Shown here: positions 63,851 to 64,000 of the stretch, in pieces
Layout of the letters: each line of letters opens with the position of its first letter
Numbering within the stretch: position 1 is the stretch's first letter
Origin: Alphaproteobacteria bacterium
Lineage (GTDB): Bacteria > Pseudomonadota > Alphaproteobacteria > TMED109
Assembly: GCA_965206145.1 (NCBI GenBank)
Contig: CBDBIK010000005.1
Coordinates: 513,206 to 577,205 of the forward strand
Direction: 5' to 3'
Length of the DNA: 64,000 nucleotides
Translations under genes and position numbers: made by a program
The notes under the pieces: model-generated
What the model was told of the DNA's origin: nothing
Databases searched by the model: none
Seen by the model: the letters and a program-made list of their open reading frames with translations, nothing else

Positions 63851-64000
63851 ATGCCCGCTAGTGATACGATCGTTGCCCTGGCAAGCGGGCTTCCGCCGGC
63901 GGGCGTTGCTGTCGTGCGCATCTCGGGATCTCTCGCAAAAGAGACGATGACCCTCCTCGTGGACGTCCCCTTTCCCGCCAGGCGGATGGTCCGGGCAAGA
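63851..64000 (+). CDS. mnmE: tRNA modification GTPase MnmE (N-terminal fragment, runs off window)
   Basis: Manual translation gives [33 protein letters not shown]..., the typical MnmE N-terminus. Confidence 0.7.
   Translation, partial: MPASDTIVALASGLPPAGVAVVRISGSLAKETMTLLVDVPFPARRMVRAR

Noticed and set aside
1-64000. CRISPR arrays, rRNA genes, IS elements or integrons
   Set aside because: Reading through the window I saw no regularly spaced short direct repeats, no rRNA-like sequence, and no additional transposase or integrase genes outside the Mu-like prophage.

Overview
High-GC bacterial window, probably alphaproteobacterial judging from gene content and order. It has two parts.

(1) Positions 1 to about 27669 are a Mu-like transposable siphovirus prophage that runs off the left edge of the window.
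- It encodes a DDE Mu-type transposase, a MuB-like ATPase, Gam-like, gp16/GemA-like and Mor-like proteins, a lysis cassette, small and large terminase, portal and MuF on the plus strand.
- Protease/scaffold, capsid, head-completion genes, major tail protein, a chaperone pair, tape measure and tail-tip genes lie on the minus strand.
- The immunity region (S24 CI-like repressor) sits in the middle of the element, so the morphogenesis genes are split into two divergent late arms. Each arm is preceded by the same 17-bp motif.
- The predicted AT-rich, repeat-bearing right end abuts a truncated MATE-like host gene.

(2) Positions 27.8-64 kb are ordinary chromosomal housekeeping genes: msrA, a sodium:solute symporter, an ABC1 kinase, tRNA-Val, glycerate kinase, a fused indolepyruvate:ferredoxin oxidoreductase, an acyl-CoA ligase, two M16 peptidases, lspA, ileS, ribF, kdsB, pheA, nudC, dnaX-ybaB-recR, hemE-hemH-hemJ, rho and the start of mnmE.

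The most interesting candidate is a roughly 2 kb low-GC two-gene island inside the prophage, directly downstream of and co-oriented with the repressor gene. It holds a 239-aa protein with no domain I can recognise, translationally coupled to an XRE-HTH::ImmA/IrrE metallopeptidase fusion. I interpret it as a possible lysogen-expressed sensor/effector (defence, exclusion or TA-like) module.

Other notable items:
- a family of GC-rich palindromes in the early operon that bracket a tRNA-like gene with an oversized anticodon arm;
- an SD-sequestering hairpin in front of the head protease gene;
- a well-phased A_AAT_TTT -1 frameshift site in the tail chaperone gene;
- a C-terminal extension on MuF.

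All family assignments rest on my reading of the translations and on memory of those families. No searches were run.
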